From a virus, in IMG/VR virus record IMGVR_UViG_3300008954_002609, positions 32,001 through 96,000 of that record: a DNA stretch of 64,000 bases; one strand, written 5' to 3'. Below are positions 1-13,400 of this stretch, one piece after another. A model generated the notes under the pieces. The model had not been told where the DNA came from. It did no database searches and worked only from the letters and a program-made list of their open reading frames with translations. Numbering within the stretch: the stretch's first letter is position 1; each line of letters opens with the position of its first letter. Both the position numbers and the translations under genes were made by a program.

Positions 1-3000
1 TTCAATCTTGACTTCCTTATATATCGGCTTATTTAATATTGGCTTCCCTTTTATATCTTTCTCGAACCCCTTCAGTTTCTCTATTTTTTTCATTGTTCCA
101 TATATAACTTTCGATGCTACCTGACCTTTTTTTCCTACGGCTGGTCCTGGCTTTATCAGCTTTTCAATTTGTGGTGCAATGCTAATTTTTTCTTTTTCTT
201 TTTGCTTTTTTTGAGTGGTTGTTTTCTTCTCTTCTGTCCTCTTGTTTATGCTTTTTCTGGCTTTTGGTATTATGATCTTCTCTTTCTCTACGTCCACGAC
301 TCTATTCGACTTTGCTGCGGCTGCCTTCACTAGGCTGTTGGCTTTCGTGAACGTGTTCCTCCTTTGCTGACTTGGCTGTTCTTTCACTAGATCGAGCTTA
401 GTTACAGATTCTATTACCGGCTTCGGCTCGCGAGGTATAACTTCACAAAAAGAAGTGCTCTCGTCTTGGATGAACACCTCATCCACCTTGTCGGTCACGT
501 CTGCAGAATAAAATGCCATATTTTGATCTTCAGTCTTTGCTGAGTTTACTATCTCTACCATCATTTCTGTTTGCTTTTGGAGACTCGGGGCTTTCAGAAT
601 TTCCGAAAAATCAATATCTCCCAAGTTATCAAGAATAGATTTGGGTGATTTCTTAGCCAAAATATTAACGGTAGTGTCCAGCATGTCTATGACGGAGTTT
701 GATTTCTGTCCTATAGGTAGATCAAAAATAGACTCAGGTTCCGTAGTATAAGAAAACGTTGGCTTGCCCAATCCCAAAGAAACAGAATTCGCAGATATCA
801 CAGCAGGAAACCCATCATAAGACTTGTCTTTTAGATCAAATTTTTCCTCCTCCACTTGCAACAGTTGCTGGACCTGTTCCGAGGTTATCCTATGACTTCC
901 CAGTCCCCTCTCGATTAGCTGAATTTTTGCTTTTTCATTTGTTTTCTTGGGGCTGTTACGTTTTGCTATCTCGTTCATTCGGGCTCTGGCAGATATACGA
1001 CGCCTTCCGCGTCTTCTAACTCGCTGGTTTTTACCTTTCACAATCATGGACAGTTTACTATTTGATTCTTGGTGCGCTGTTGTAACCAATTCATTGCCTA
1101 TTTTGCGCGGATCTGTATTGACCTTGGGCTTTTTCGTGGTCAACTTTGCAAGTTCATTGAATTTTGATGCAAAATCGGACACCAGCGCGGACCTGGCATA
1201 TTGTTCTGTGTCACTTTGTGCACTGTCTGTAGATTCTTGAGCATTGTAGGACAGTACAGTCTCTGTAAGATCAAATAAAGAATTTACCGAAAATGGGCGG
1301 CGGCGGTCGCTTGCGTCTACAAAATCATCCCAATCTCCAAAAAACTTCTTAACCTTCATGGTCTTGGGGCTTCTTCCAGAGCTAGCAGCCCCGCCTCTTG
1401 TGAGGTCTACGTTGGATGAGTCTTTAATGAGGTCAACATCCAAAATGTCCTCCAAAAGAGATTGGACTTCATTAAATGACTTAAGAACATTTGATACTTG
1501 TTCTGGTCTGGAATTCTCTGGCCTCAGTAAGGATATTACATTATCGATAGTAAACTTAGAAAGCTGTGCGTTGTCATGCTCTGCCAAATTACCCATTCGA
1601 AAAATCGCATCTGCATACACTATGTTAATCGCCACGAAATAAGACCTACAAATCTTCAAAAAATCATATTCTTTGTTCGCGTGCTGCCTAAAATTTGGGG
1701 TGAATCTTCTTGTCAAGTGGTTATAGTTTCCTGATCCTTCGGTCCTCTGTAGTGCCTTCTCTCTATAGTCTGGAAAGTCTGACCCGTCGGGACCTGTTCG
1801 TCCCGTCCTGCTATAGTATTTGGCGCTCATGAACGGGATTATACATTCGTTGTGATACCTCTCTAGTTCATTTGTAGATCTTCTCAATTCAGAAAGTATT
1901 TTCTTGAGATATTTTTCAAACCCATCCTCGTAAGTCAATTCGATTCCATACTGATATGTTCCATCGTATACATTTGTTAGAGAATCGTCTCTTCCTATAA
2001 AGTTCCTGAAAAAAGGAAAAGGAGCGTAGCCGTCCGTTTGTATCGGCAAAGGAGCAGAAGAGTCCTGCTGGAACCACGCCAGCATATTAGTGAGAGAAGT
2101 TTCCCTGGTTAATTCCTCAACTGGTTCGTCGGTAACTATTCCTGCTCCACTGTCCATCACAATCAAAAGATCTGACTCGTCAAATCTGTTTACCAAATTA
2201 TCGGCGGGTGAACGCTCGCCGGTTTGGGCTACAGTAATGGCTGAACTCCCTTTGGTAAACACATCTGGGGCTGGACAACCTAAAGAATTTGCACCTAGGG
2301 GTCTGTCCGTCACTCTCCTTCTCAATATCCGAATGTCAACAAGCCTAAAATAGTCTCTGGGGCGGAGGAGAGAGTACTTTGTCACGTTTGGCAGGTTATC
2401 ATACATGTATCCATATTTTGAATTTGTTTTAAAAATCTGTTCTTGGTCGACCATAAATTCAAAAGTTACCCCACCAGTCGAAGGATCATGATCTATTTCA
2501 GCTCTTGCGTTAAAATGATTTGACCTTGCATCCTTCAAGAACCTTAATTCTTTCCTCTCTTGCAAGAAGCTAGGCATGTGTGTTGGTAAATATAAGTCTA
2601 CTTCAGATCTCTGAAAGCCCCTGAAGTCTTGCACTATCATGTTTGGGACCACTATATCTGTTAAATATTGTGCACCGTCAGAATGGAACCTCCCTGCCAT
2701 GTATCTTCCGTCTTCCATTATATGATATGGACCCGTATAGGGGACACCTCGTTGGTCTAATAATATCATCTTGTGAGGATCCACGATGCCGTTCTGAAGC
2801 ACTGTTGTTTGAGCCGGAGTACCATAAATGGAATTTAAGAATTGTGCATCTGTTAGTCCTATATTTAAATCAAATATGCTAAAGTCCATATATGTAAACG
2901 AGTGAACCTTCATGTTCCTGACTCTGGCGGGGATTGTCGGTATAGAAATCTCTTTATGGTATTTGTATACCGGCTCATTGTTTGCGTCGTACTGCTTAAA

Positions 3001-3489
3001 ATGATCGGAAGTTTCAAAGATCATTTGGTCTCCATTATTACCTCTCACCGTATCCGTATAAAAGGTAATATCATTTCGAATGGCGGCGAGTGTCTGAAGG
3101 GCTTGCGGGATGGTAGGCGCGTTTTGACCTAATATTGCTGCAACCCTGTCTCTGAAGTTTCCACGCTCAATTGCTGATGAGACGAATATAGCTTTTATTA
3201 TTCTTGAGGCAGCCGCAGATGTGGTTACTACGACTACCACCTTGCACGCTTGAGCCAAAAGCGATTCCGATACCGATTGTGGATCCTGTCCTGGAGGTGT
3301 CCTAATTCGAGATCTTGTCGCAGCAAGTACGTCTTCGTCCATAACATCACTTATCGCTATATCTACTGTTGCGGTAACATTTTCATCAGTAGGAGAGGAT
3401 TCCAGGGTAACCCTGTTTATCTCGACATTTGGCAGAAAGTTGCCTATAAGGTCTCTCTCGGGAGAGGTTACTCTACTTCTAGTCGTCAT
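1..3489 (-). CDS. Large putative virion structural protein, 3' end outside the window (more than 1163 aa); absent from the ORF track
   Basis: ATG at 3489 overlaps the end of the upstream gene and reads MTTRSRVTSPERDLIGNFLPNVE. Spot checks of this frame at about 2641-2760 (YTGPYHIMEDGRYMAGRFH), 1921-1980 (DGTYQYGIELTYEDG), 1801-1860 and 1-60 (KDIKGKPILNKPIYKEVKIE) showed no stop codon. It lies at the end of the baseplate operon. Confidence 0.8.
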   Translation of the reverse strand, partial: MTTRSRVTSPERDLIGNFLPNVEINRVTLESSPTDENVTATVDIAISDVMDEDVLAATRSRIRTPPGQDPQSVSESLLAQACKVVVVVTTSAAASRIIKAIFVSSAIERGNFRDRVAAILGQNAPTIPQALQTLAAIRNDITFYTDTVRGNNGDQMIFETSDHFKQYDANNEPVYKYHKEISIPTIPARVRNMKVHSFTYMDFSIFDLNIGLTDAQFLNSIYGTPAQTTVLQNGIVDPHKMILLDQRGVPYTGPYHIMEDGRYMAGRFHSDGAQYLTDIVVPNMIVQDFRGFQRSEVDLYLPTHMPSFLQERKELRFLKDARSNHFNARAEIDHDPSTGGVTFEFMVDQEQIFKTNSKYGYMYDNLPNVTKYSLLRPRDYFRLVDIRILRRRVTDRPLGANSLGCPAPDVFTKGSSAITVAQTGERSPADNLVNRFDESDLLIVMDSGAGIVTDEPVEELTRETSLTNMLAWFQQDSSAPLPIQTDGYAPFPFFRNFIGRDDSLTNVYDGTYQYGIELTYEDGFEKYLKKILSELRRSTNELERYHNECIIPFMSAKYYSRTGRTGPDGSDFPDYREKALQRTEGSGNYNHLTRRFTPNFRQHANKEYDFLKICRSYFVAINIVYADAIFRMGNLAEHDNAQLSKFTIDNVISLLRPENSRPEQVSNVLKSFNEVQSLLEDILDVDLIKDSSNVDLTRGGAASSGRSPKTMKVKKFFGDWDDFVDASDRRRPFSVNSLFDLTETVLSYNAQESTDSAQSDTEQYARSALVSDFASKFNELAKLTTKKPKVNTDPRKIGNELVTTAHQESNSKLSMIVKGKNQRVRRRGRRRISARARMNEIAKRNSPKKTNEKAKIQLIERGLGSHRITSEQVQQLLQVEEEKFDLKDKSYDGFPAVISANSVSLGLGKPTFSYTTEPESIFDLPIGQKSNSVIDMLDTTVNILAKKSPKSILDNLGDIDFSEILKAPSLQKQTEMMVEIVNSAKTEDQNMAFYSADVTDKVDEVFIQDESTSFCEVIPREPKPVIESVTKLDLVKEQPSQQRRNTFTKANSLVKAAAAKSNRVVDVEKEKIIIPKARKSINKRTEEKKTTTQKKQKEKEKISIAPQIEKLIKPGPAVGKKGQVASKVIYGTMKKIEKLKGFEKDIKGKPILNKPIYKEVKIE

Positions 3490-4459
3490 CACATAAATCC
3501 CCCGTAGGAATTGCCGTATCAGTTATTCTAAACCCTAGGTCCCTATCCCTATATGTCTTTGTCATTGGGTCATATACGTCGCTGTCAAAATCTATCTCCA
3601 CATATGTCGCCAATTCGTTCTTCTGGGGAACGTCCGATTCCTTCAACAACAATGCTAGCAACTTTTCCTCCACCACTTTCAGTCCATTTTCTATAAATTC
3701 CTCCTCGCCATCAACAAGAAAAAACTCAACTTCAAAATTATCATCAGAGACTGGAACGTTATCTTCTACTATATCCAATATAATATAACTCTTGTCCTTT
3801 GATACATTTAGCACATACCCGTCGACAAATTCTATCTCGTTCTCGTCGCCGTATTGCGTCTGATATTCTTCGATGTCTATCGTTTCTTCTGGCGGGGTGG
3901 TGGTTGCCTCCAACTCATAATCCACTATCATATTTATCTGAGGACGTCTGTATCCAATATTTGGACCCGAAGCACTGACCTCTATCGGTGTTTCGAATCT
4001 CTGACTATTTTTACTTGCAATGTTCCACGACGGAACATACCTGTTTCCAGTCTGTGAGTTTCCCAGCAGATTTCTCATTAACTTTCTATCGTCGGGAGTA
4101 ATAGATATGTCATCCACATAATCTTTTCCATAAAGATCATCACCCAGGACCTTTGCAAGCATGTCAGGATCGTCATCCCCCTCTGGTGCGTTTGTTATTT
4201 GATTGTTTAATCTTGTCACTCTTGATTCCGCACCTTCGTGTTCGTAGAGCGGTCTCATTCTTATCGTGTTGTTTTGTATTCTTTTGTGAGAAGATTTGCC
4301 CGTCTCAAAAGCATTTTCTCCGTAAGACACATCATAAAGAACCTCGTCGTCAGAGAAGGCATAATACACAGGCTCAAATTTGCCCTTTGATAAAAGGTAT
4401 TTGCCGTATTGAGTGAGTTGAACCTCCATTACTTCTTCTTTTTTATTAAAAAACGACAT
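3479..4459 (-). CDS. Putative baseplate/tail-associated structural protein
   Basis: N-terminus QLTQYGKYLLSKGKFEPVYYAFSDDEVLYD resembles the LT-x2-G-x3-L...F-x-DDE pattern of phage tail-fibre/baseplate attachment domains. Follows the gp7-like gene. Confidence 0.6.
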   Translation of the reverse strand: MSFFNKKEEVMEVQLTQYGKYLLSKGKFEPVYYAFSDDEVLYDVSYGENAFETGKSSHKRIQNNTIRMRPLYEHEGAESRVTRLNNQITNAPEGDDDPDMLAKVLGDDLYGKDYVDDISITPDDRKLMRNLLGNSQTGNRYVPSWNIASKNSQRFETPIEVSASGPNIGYRRPQINMIVDYELEATTTPPEETIDIEEYQTQYGDENEIEFVDGYVLNVSKDKSYIILDIVEDNVPVSDDNFEVEFFLVDGEEEFIENGLKVVEEKLLALLLKESDVPQKNELATYVEIDFDSDVYDPMTKTYRDRDLGFRITDTAIPTGDLCDDD

Positions 4460-7400
4460 TATTTCTTAGGAACCCCCTTGATAATCATGGAGAAATGATT
4501 TGCAGTATCAAATTGCCTAGGTGAGTCTTCCTCCTCCTTGTTAATTGAGATACCTGCTGTTCTAGCCACCACGCTTGCAATCTCCTCTCTTGTGAGTGGT
4601 TGTGATATATCTTCCTGTCTCGCAAAGCCAACTTCTGCCTCCACTTTAACTAGTTCGACGAGAGAGAAATAATCATATGGCCAATTATATCCATAATCAA
4701 AAATATCATTCTCAACTGATACCTCTCCGTCTGGGTGTCCGTTTGGTAATCTATCCCTCTTCATTTTCTTGAAGTAGTTTGTTTCTGCCTTCTTCTTAGC
4801 CTTGAACACCAGCCATTTTACTCCTTCATTCAATTTTTCATCGGACAGTAACCCACCATTTTGTGTCAATTCATGAGAAACTACTGCTTCTGCTTGGAGG
4901 CTGTCGCCAGAGTCCTTATGGAAGTTATTCAAGGCTACATCCGGTGGTAGATTTTGCCACATAAGAGCAATATCATTCTTTGATAAAGTGTGCTCAAACT
5001 CAAAAATATACATAGCGAAAGGAGATATAAAATTCTCCTCTGGATCGTTGTACTTCAAGAAATTCATCTTTGGAGGGATAACATATCTCAGCATCTTATC
5101 TACCATGTCCTGGATGCTCTTTCTTGGAACGATTGGCTCTGAGTGTCCGCTTCGTCCGCTCGCGTTTTGTGACGTGGTGGTTGAGCCCATTTCCACTGCT
5201 TCGATTTCCGACTTTTTGTATTTGGAAAAGCCTGCTGCCTGAACAGCCTTGTAGACCTCGCTTTTTGGCAAAACAAAGAATTGTCTTTTTCCGTTCGCTC
5301 CCTCAATGAACGGAACAGCAACAACTGCCTCTGAGATCTTTCTCTCTTCTGGCATTTGCCCGATCGAAACCCTCTTCACTTCATTGCCCAATTCCTTACC
5401 TTGTGATACGAAGTGCATTCCCAGCAACTCATCCAATGGTGCGCTGGTAGAATTTCTCTTGGTAGGTCTAATCTCCATAAAACTAATCGGAGTCTTATAG
5501 GATCCAGTTTGGTGCCACATCCCCAGCGTCTTTGTGAGCCCATATGGCTTTGGTTGTACTGCACTTGCCCTTCTAAAGTCCATATTGGGGGTCTCCCATT
5601 TGGACTGTATTATCCAAGACTTTCTTAGTATGTCCGCGTCTTCTCTGGTGTTCTCCTTAGTTGGCAATAGGCTAGCTTCACTAATATCGATTCCGTTAAA
5701 GCTCGACGAAATTTGCATTGCGTGCGACTTATTCAAAGATTCTATAATAGGCTGGATACTGTTTCTTGAACCCGGCTTACCGATGGCAAAATCACTATTC
5801 GTAAGTCCACTAAATATATAATCTGTTGAACCTGCAGAGCCTGTGCCCTTTACAAACCTATTATATTTAATAGTATTTGTTCCCAATTTGTTTTGCGTAG
5901 TTATCGTCTCTAGGACGTCTTCCACTGACTCATACTTGACACCCACTTCCGGGGTGAAAGTGTATTCCACTTCTGCATAACTATCGTAATGAGGCGGAGT
6001 AAATGGAGAAAATCCATGACCGGGATATTCTGTTTTGTCTCTCCCCACCTCTTTCCAGGATCCGGACGAGTTTGCATCTACCGGGGGACCGAATGCTTCA
6101 GGTCTATTGTATATAGGAAAGTCTTCAGTCGGTGGACGATACAGCCTCAGAGTCATCTTATACGTCTTGTTGGGGTCTACAGCCTGCTTTAGCACATCTG
6201 CGGACTTTAGAATCGTAGAGTGCCCGCCCTTTAAGAAGAAATTCATAGTTTCTGCAAAGAAGTTGTTTGAGGCTTTCGTATAATTTGTTTGACCCAATGC
6301 TCGCATTTCCGTTAAGCTAAAGCTGGATGTCATTGCCGAAGACGTGGTTGGAGTGCCTCTTACAAAAGTCTGGGCGTATGTATCCTCACCGTAGGCGAAC
6401 AAGCCCCGAGAGTGTGGGTCCATGGCATTGATATCGTTAGTATTGTGAATACCCGCGTTAGCCGTTCTGTTGCCGCCTCCTATGTTTCTCATAAACGAAC
6501 ATGGTTGAAGACTGGCACTTGGGTGTGGCTCCGTCTCGTAAAATACGACCCTTTCGTCCACGAGTGCTGTATTCACATTCGCACCAACTCTAGTAACAGT
6601 ATTACTCTGCAGTCTTCTGGGGTCTATTACTGCTTCGAAAGGGATTCTCTCCACTCTCTGTATGCCGCCGTATGGGCTTGACGATCCCGTTGACCAATAG
6701 CTCATGTAGGATGTGGGACCGTAAACGCCGTAATTTGAGCCACTCAACACACCCATACTGTAACTAGCAGATCCTATTCTAGGTATTCCGCCATCCATGG
6801 TCTCATTATATGGTGAGCCAGTTATATAAGTCGGATACTTGTAGGCACCCGTGAGCATGTGCACAGCTCCAGTGAGCCACGCATCGCCAAACCTGGTTAT
6901 GCCGCCGCTGCCGTCGTCCTTAAATACCTTGGAGTCGATTTCTTGCCAAACGTCACTGAATCCTGTAAATTGTGCATAAGAAAGAGTCTCTACTCGACCG
7001 CCAGAGCCACTGAGTCCAAACTTGCCAGCATCTGCATATAGGTCCAGTGCATGATTTCTCATATTCTGTTGGTTTGTCATATACGCAGATCCAGAATCTC
7101 CGGCAGTCATATACCCGTAGTCATTACCCATTCTATACCATCCAACTAAATTCTTGGCTTCGTTCTTGCCAACACACACATCGGGGCGGAATGGTGTGCC
7201 CAGCTGTGGTGCGTCAGTCGCATATGATCCATATGACTCACCGCCGTGAAGACCCAGGATAGATGCTGTTGACATTTGCTTATTCCATATGGTCACTTCT
7301 GCAACTGCCATTTCCATTGAGCCGCGCATAATATCTTCTGGGTTTGACCCTGTTGCTGCGCGGGTGTTACCTATCGAACAGTTGTGGTCTCCGGTTACGG

Positions 7401-10400
7401 GTGGCTCAAATACCAGAGCTGTTTCATTCAAAGTTCCTGCAGACCTTGTCAATTCGTGTTGGTAAGATTTACCATTTAGATAAAACGCAGGAGCGGAACC
7501 ATCAAACTTTTTCGTAACCGCCATATGGTGCCACAAGTTACTACTGCTAAGGATCCTTTTCTTTGTTTGCCACTCTTTATAACTGCTGCTTCCGTGCCAC
7601 ATCCCGAAAACCAGCCTGCCTCCTCGCTTCAAAAACTGGATACCTTCTGTGCAATTGTTATCATCGCCAATATGTATCAAGCTTCCAGAGTTTTCCGGGT
7701 TGTTCGTAGCATCGTCTGGATCTTCTTTGAAGTTGGCCCACATAGAAAAGCTTATTCCTGAAGTTGCTGCAGTGGAAGCTTTTCTGATACTTCCTGTCAC
7801 CATCTTCATCCAATCTTGTGCCTGACCTATATCACACCTATTTGTAGATCCAGATCCATTGAAAAGGGTGACAAACTCCAAATATGGTCTATCTTTCTTG
7901 GGAACGAAGACTGGATAGTCGACCGCGATACCAGACTTTATAGAATTATATGTTATCCCTGGGGAGTAAAAGGGAGCCAGAGCTGTTCTCCAGTGAGCAT
8001 AGTTACTACCAGTGGTAGTATAGTCTTCCGGAGTTATCGAGGTTCCTGGTCCATATGTACTCTTGAAAGTCTCCGCTAACTGAAGGGTTCTCTGGGCTGG
8101 ATAGAATCCCTTGTATGGCAGAAGCTTCTTTAGTGCCTTGCACTTGAGTGTCAAGTTAGCAGGGTGCATTTCTAATGATCGGTGCCCACTCTTCACTATT
8201 TCAAAATGCTTTATAAAATCACTATGACCATATACCTTAAAGAAATCTCCTTGGCTGCTATTGTTATAATTGTCTGAGGCTCCTGTCAAAGACAAGAAAT
8301 CCGATTGGAAACAATCAAAGAACGGGTCTTGCGATGGGCTGTCCATATAATCCGACATATGATCGCTGATCCTATACTCTGGTATTACAGAATACTCTTT
8401 CCCAATTATTCTCATGTCCTGGGCGTAATCATCATAATTTTCGTAATTAAATGGATATCTTCCTGCTTGATCTCCCGCTTCCCACTTGGCTGCTCCAGCT
8501 AAATATGTATTGGTTGAAGCACTCACCTTAAGGAAGTTTGCCAACAGAGACACATGCCTTATCCCTGTACGCACAGTCTCGACCCTGGCACCGTCCATGC
8601 TGGTGTTGAGAGTATAGTCGGTGCCCGAAAATCCGCCTCGGTACCCTGATGTTGGCCAACGGGACTTTTCATGAACCCCCCTAAATTCTAGAGTCACCTT
8701 GGCTCCACTAGAACTAGCCTTTATCCTAGGCTTTATACCACTGTGTGTATTTATTGTTTCCTTTATTGCATCGGCAATACCTGCTTTGGTGTAACTAGAC
8801 TGCGACAGGCAAACTGCTATAGTGGGTCTACCCGTGCCCCAAATCTGTGTCTCTCTTGTTACCTTCAATGCTTCCGTCTTAACGAAGACCAGAGAAAACT
8901 CGTGTTCCGTACCTGGACCGTTAAAGACAATTTCCATGTAGCTGTTTTCTACGCCACCTGTTGAATACGTGTTCCAGCTGTCGCCGTAAGTGGATTTATT
9001 CCAATAATTTTCTCTGTTAGCCTCTTCCACAGTTAAGCAATAGGTCCATGGAGTTTCTGGGAATTTTCTAGCATACAAGGCTGAAGCACTTGGGTTGCCC
9101 CACCAAGTATTACTCCCAGACCTGAATAAACTATAAGAAGACATCAATTCGCCCTCTCCAAAGGTTCCCGGAACATCAGTGCCTAGGCTTATCTCTTTCG
9201 AAGTCCCAAAATTCTCTTGTGCATCGAGGGGCCACATGCTGCTTGTGATTCCGATGTGTTCGCCCTGTGAGTTTGGCTCTGAGACGCCTCTATCCGACCT
9301 CTTTGTCTTCCACCAATCTATAACAAAATTTTCTCTCTTTCTTGACTTGTTTGAATAAGAGTTAACATCTCTTGGGTATATCGTGACAGGATACACTGAT
9401 TGCACTATATTTTTCGGCATCTTGGTGCTTAGTGCCTCTGACATATCGAATATTTGATCAATTTGTAAGAACCTTACCAATTCAGGGTTCGAGAATGTCA
9501 CCAAATCATTCAAGTATGTGATCTTTCCTCCCGAAGCAATAGATCTACCTCCTGGTGTTCTAAGTAGGGCTGCTCTCATGGTGGTGAGTGCTACGGGAAC
9601 GTTAGACGATTCATCGATAGAAGCAATTGCAGTGGTTGTAAGCGGCTTGGAGTAGGTGACCACTGATTCGGTAAATCTGTACCTTTGTGAAGAGATTGTT
9701 CTGCTTGTTCTTGTTTTCGTGTGTTCGATATTTTCCGGCCAAGAATAATCTCCATCCGTAAAATAGGATGGAGAGAAGGACATCATTTCGGGATCATCTC
9801 TCCTAACTGCAAGTGAAAATATATTTTCTTTTCTTAATTTTCTTGCAACAGGGTGGTCGCCTGCCCTTAATTGCTTCCATGTCGGGTACCCATGTATAGA
9901 TCCTCTGTTTAGTAACATGTGATTGAGGGTGTGTGCCCTCAATCGAGCCTCGATTGAACTAGTGAGTAGACCACCACGGGAATCAATTGGTGCCAAGCCA
10001 CCTAGCGTGTTGTTGCTTTGTGAGACATGCTCGTATATAATAGAATTCAGTCCGAGAAAGTCAGTTGGTATACCAGGGTCCGGGCGGTTAGTTAGTGCAT
10101 GATCAACCCCGTAAGAGAGGAGCCTATTTGCATCGCTTGTTCTCAGACCCCTATCGCTCGCGGAAAGAAAAGTGGGGGACTCAAAGTCGACCGCATTTGC
10201 TTCATTCGTCTCAAATATTTTTTCGTTGGTCTGGGACTTTGGATAGGTAAAGTTCGATTCAAGTCTGTTATAACTACATGTTGTCTCTAAGGTCGAATTT
10301 CTAATCCATGCGTACCCGAGATCACTCTGTGGTATTTGATGTTGTACAAAATTGTTGTCATACTTTGGTCTGCATTCATGCCCAGACTCATCACTCGATG

Positions 10401-13400
10401 TTGCAACGTATCTGGGGTTTCCTTGCACCTTATGATAGGATGCTGTAGTTGTTGATGAAGTTATCGAACTGTTATGCGTGGCACCAAATTGTCCCATCCT
10501 GTCAGTAGACCACTCATTTAGCGCCAGTCTTGCCATAAGGTTTCTATAATTTAGGGTATTATAAACCGAATATTGATTTGTTGCGACATCGAGACCAGGA
10601 CCACCTAAACTATCGCCCGCTGTCTCGACTCCGCCAGGGGCAGAGAATCTGTTAACAAAGACATTCTTTCTTTTCGGTCTTTCATACTTCCTTCTTTCGT
10701 TAATCTCTACGAAGTATGGAGAATTAGTTGTTGTGCCAATAGGCTCATTCGACGCAGTGCGTATCAAGAACACTGGACTCATCTCCACTGATGTTCCCTG
10801 AACTATTTCATATTCGTGCTTGTAGTTGCCGATATTTAATACTGTGTCCTTTGCGTACTCACTTGCTGTAGTCTTTATATTTCTTATATTGACTGGCCTC
10901 TTTGCCAATGGCTCCCTAAGCACTCTGGACCTATTATGGGTACTAGAGGTCAAAGACACATGAAAAGTTCCCGGTGGCTCGTGATTCAATGCATACAAAT
11001 TCGGGGAAGTAACGTACAACTGACCTTGAGACATTGTTAATGCAAACGCCTCGAATCGTCGACCCTTGTGGTCCAGGCTCATTGTTGTGTTTTGCAAGGC
11101 TGGGTCGGCTTGTGGTATCTTTGGTCTCATCATGTTCAGGTGCTGATGTCTGTGAGAGTGTCCACCCACCCAATGTTCCGTAAATGGAGACTGAATAGGG
11201 ATCTCCCTGTCGTCACCATAAGCATCTGAGTGGAGATTTGTTATGTCTATGCCCTTCTTAAAGTTATCATAAATTTCAGCCTTGTAGTCAGTTGGCACAT
11301 CTGTTGAGCTACTATACATACTAAAAGGGGCTATTGTATTAAGGTCAAAGTCAGCATTTGTGTTTGATATGTCTGCTTTGCCTCCAAGCCTCTTCTTTTC
11401 AAAAACCTCTGATCCAATGCCGTTTCCATATCTTGGATGATAAACGTCTGTGCATTCTTTTCCAAAATCAACATCGGACCCACTTATTCTAATAAAATCT
11501 TTCGCGCCAGGATTACTTGTCCCAAGAAAGAAATCCTTTTTCTTGTTTAGGTGAAAGTTGTCTCCAGCGTGCACAACAGGCTGAATTTCTGCCTTTAGTC
11601 TATATGGCTTTGTTAAGCTACGAAGAGTATAACTGGTACCTGAAACCTCAGTGTAAATTGTCCTTCTTAGCGTTTCTCTCTCGGCGTCTGTTGCAGATAT
11701 ACCAGATGATAAAGAAGTTTCTTTTCTCCCTGCTCTCTCTGACCACCACAAACAATTCTCAGTCTGCAAGGCACTGCCAGAAGGCTTGTATATGCCGGTA
11801 TGCTTGAGTAGTGGAGCGTGACCAAACTTCCAGTTATACACTAGTTCATTTATTGATTTAATTTGACCAGGTTCTGGCTCTGCTTGCTTCCCCTCCAAAG
11901 TAGGGAACTTAGCCCAGTACTTGTTTCTTTCGAGAACATGACTCTCTATCATATTCCTTATATCTTCGGAAAAATCTGCAGATGCTGGCTTCAACTGGTC
12001 TAGCATTGAAGACAGTGCCGAGTCTATCCACTTATAAAACTCAACGTACTTCTCTATGTCTGGAGTATTCTCTATTCTGTCAAAAAAGAGTTGCCTTAGC
12101 TTCTCCATTGACTTATAGTTTGGTCTGTATCTATTTACGGGCTCTCCGATTAAATTACTAAAGTCCTTTATTGTTGCAAACATATCTAACATCTCTTGAG
12201 ATATTGCCTGATACATGCTCTTTTCTATTGAAAAGTTATAATTTATCGGTTTAGAGTCTCTGGTAAATGTCTGTTCATCTCTAGACAGGACCCTAACCAT
12301 ATTCGAGCTTTGCACGTTTTCTGGTATGTTTTGTCGGGACATCTCCAGGAAAGCAACCGTCACACTGGAAGTGGAGTTTGATTGAAAGAAATCTCCGCGA
12401 CCAGGGTGGTTTGTTGCCACCACGTCACCTGCCCAGCCATAATCCCTCTTGTTTTTGAAAGAGCCAGATGTTATGTCGTCTATTATAAATTGACCACCTG
12501 TCGAAGAGCCTGTAACCGTAGTAAAATCCCAATTCAACGCAAGAGTGTCGATTGATGGGACGGGATTGTCCAATCCTGGCATAAAAGTGTACGCATTCCT
12601 CATTGGGTGAGGCACACCGTAAGCCTTTGGATCTATCGAGTGAGCTTTAATAGTCTCGTTATCTAGATAAGATAACCAATGACGCAAAGAAGAAACATGA
12701 ACGTCCGACAAAGTCTTTGTGGAGCCTGCAAAGTCTGTTCTGTGGGCTCCGGCGTACAATCTTTTAGAATATTGGTGGAACCTTTGACCTTGGGCGTTAG
12801 TTAAGGAGGATGTTAGATAAAATTTATCCTTTACCTCTCCTGCGTCTGTTCTAATTCCGTAGTACTCTATTTGATAAGAATTCGTAGATCCAGAAATCGT
12901 GTTACCAAACGTTCCCTTCGGTGCAACTCTAACTGCGAAATTCCACTTTGTTCCGTCATACACGTCATAGAATACCGGGGATTCCATTGCGGATACTATC
13001 CCAGAGGTAGACCTTATGACAAATTTTGCATTTCTAGAGTGTCGTTCGTCCTTTACAGCATAGGTCTCGAAATTCGCAAAGTCTTTTGCGCTGGCTGGCC
13101 AAGCCAAATCAGTCCCTGCTCCTTTGACAGTGTGTGCACCAAACAAGGAGCTTGATACGTTGGTGGAGATGAACCCAGGCTCGCCAGGGCGGTGTACCTT
13201 CGGAAAAACAACCTCTGCTTCCGTCGTGAAAGATAAGCCAACAGAGGAATCATTTCCGTGAGCACCAGTAATATATCCAGAAACAGGAAATTCTGAAGAT
13301 TTGTTGCCCCTCCCAAGACTGGAACTATACTGATATATGGTTGCAGAATGATTATGAGGGTGATAGAAATTTATACACCTTGTCTTAAGGCTTGATACAC

